The position numbers were made by a program, and so were the translations under genes. Below are positions 63,567-64,000 of a stretch of 64,000 nucleotides of DNA, piece after piece (positions within the stretch are counted from its first letter, which is position 1; every line of letters begins with the position of its first letter). The notes below the pieces were generated by a model that was not told the DNA's origin, did no database searches, and saw only the letters and a program-made list of their open reading frames with translations. This DNA comes from Oculina patagonica (Eukaryota): contig NC_135763.1 of the NCBI RefSeq assembly GCF_052425735.1, forward strand, positions 27,590,001 through 27,654,000, written 5' to 3'.

Positions 63567-64000
63567 GCTGAAATGCCACTCTCTTAGTTATGCTCTTACT
63601 GTAAACAGACGTGTTTTATCTTTAAATATTGCCCGTTGTGCCGGTTTTTAAATAAAACATCTGATGAATCATTTATAATTGCACTTCTAAATTCATGATT
63701 GGTTGACTGTCTCGGGCTATTTGCGAATATTATGCCCTCATAAATGGAAACAATAATCCTCCAATCAAATGCTCGCATTAGGGAAACTGGACTTCACAAT
63801 ACTTTTACCATATATATATATGACTGGATTTATCAAAACAAGGCTAATGAAATTTTCACCGTTTTTAGCGCAAATCGCTGTCAACGCGTTTTTTTCTCCA
63901 AAGTAGATGATACAAAAACTTAAGTGAATGTCAGTCTTTTTTTCTCTCCTCCTCTCTCTTATCTACCTTTCAGCGCTGTTCATTTTTTTCTTTCTCGGCA

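Overview
AT-rich, intron-containing animal DNA. The repeat families and the PAN-EGF-lectin exon structure point to a cnidarian, probably a stony coral; this is inference, no search was run. The whole window is one tandem array of eight minus-strand paralogous loci, called A-H left to right. Each encodes, or once encoded, a small secreted protein: signal peptide, PAN/apple domain, EGF-like domain, optional F5/8C discoidin domain, and C-type lectin domain (CTLD). I reconstructed exons by hand from GT-AG sites and phases; the ORF track misses most of them. B, F and H look intact. E is a deletion-generated chimera that can still splice to an intact ORF. A runs off the left edge, C and D are frameshifted, and G is a remnant. 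Modules share one phase scheme and occur in two classes that are recombined between paralogs. The CTLD ligand-binding loop is highly variable, and degenerate spare copies of that loop lie just downstream of three genes. Introns and spacers hold a decayed Ty3/Gypsy element, Helentron-type non-autonomous elements (two forming a ~1.3 kb inverted repeat), a 5'-inverted L1/Tx1 fragment, a Penelope fragment with a variant hammerhead ribozyme, a tRNA-SINE and many MITEs. An assembly gap lies at 2649-2800.
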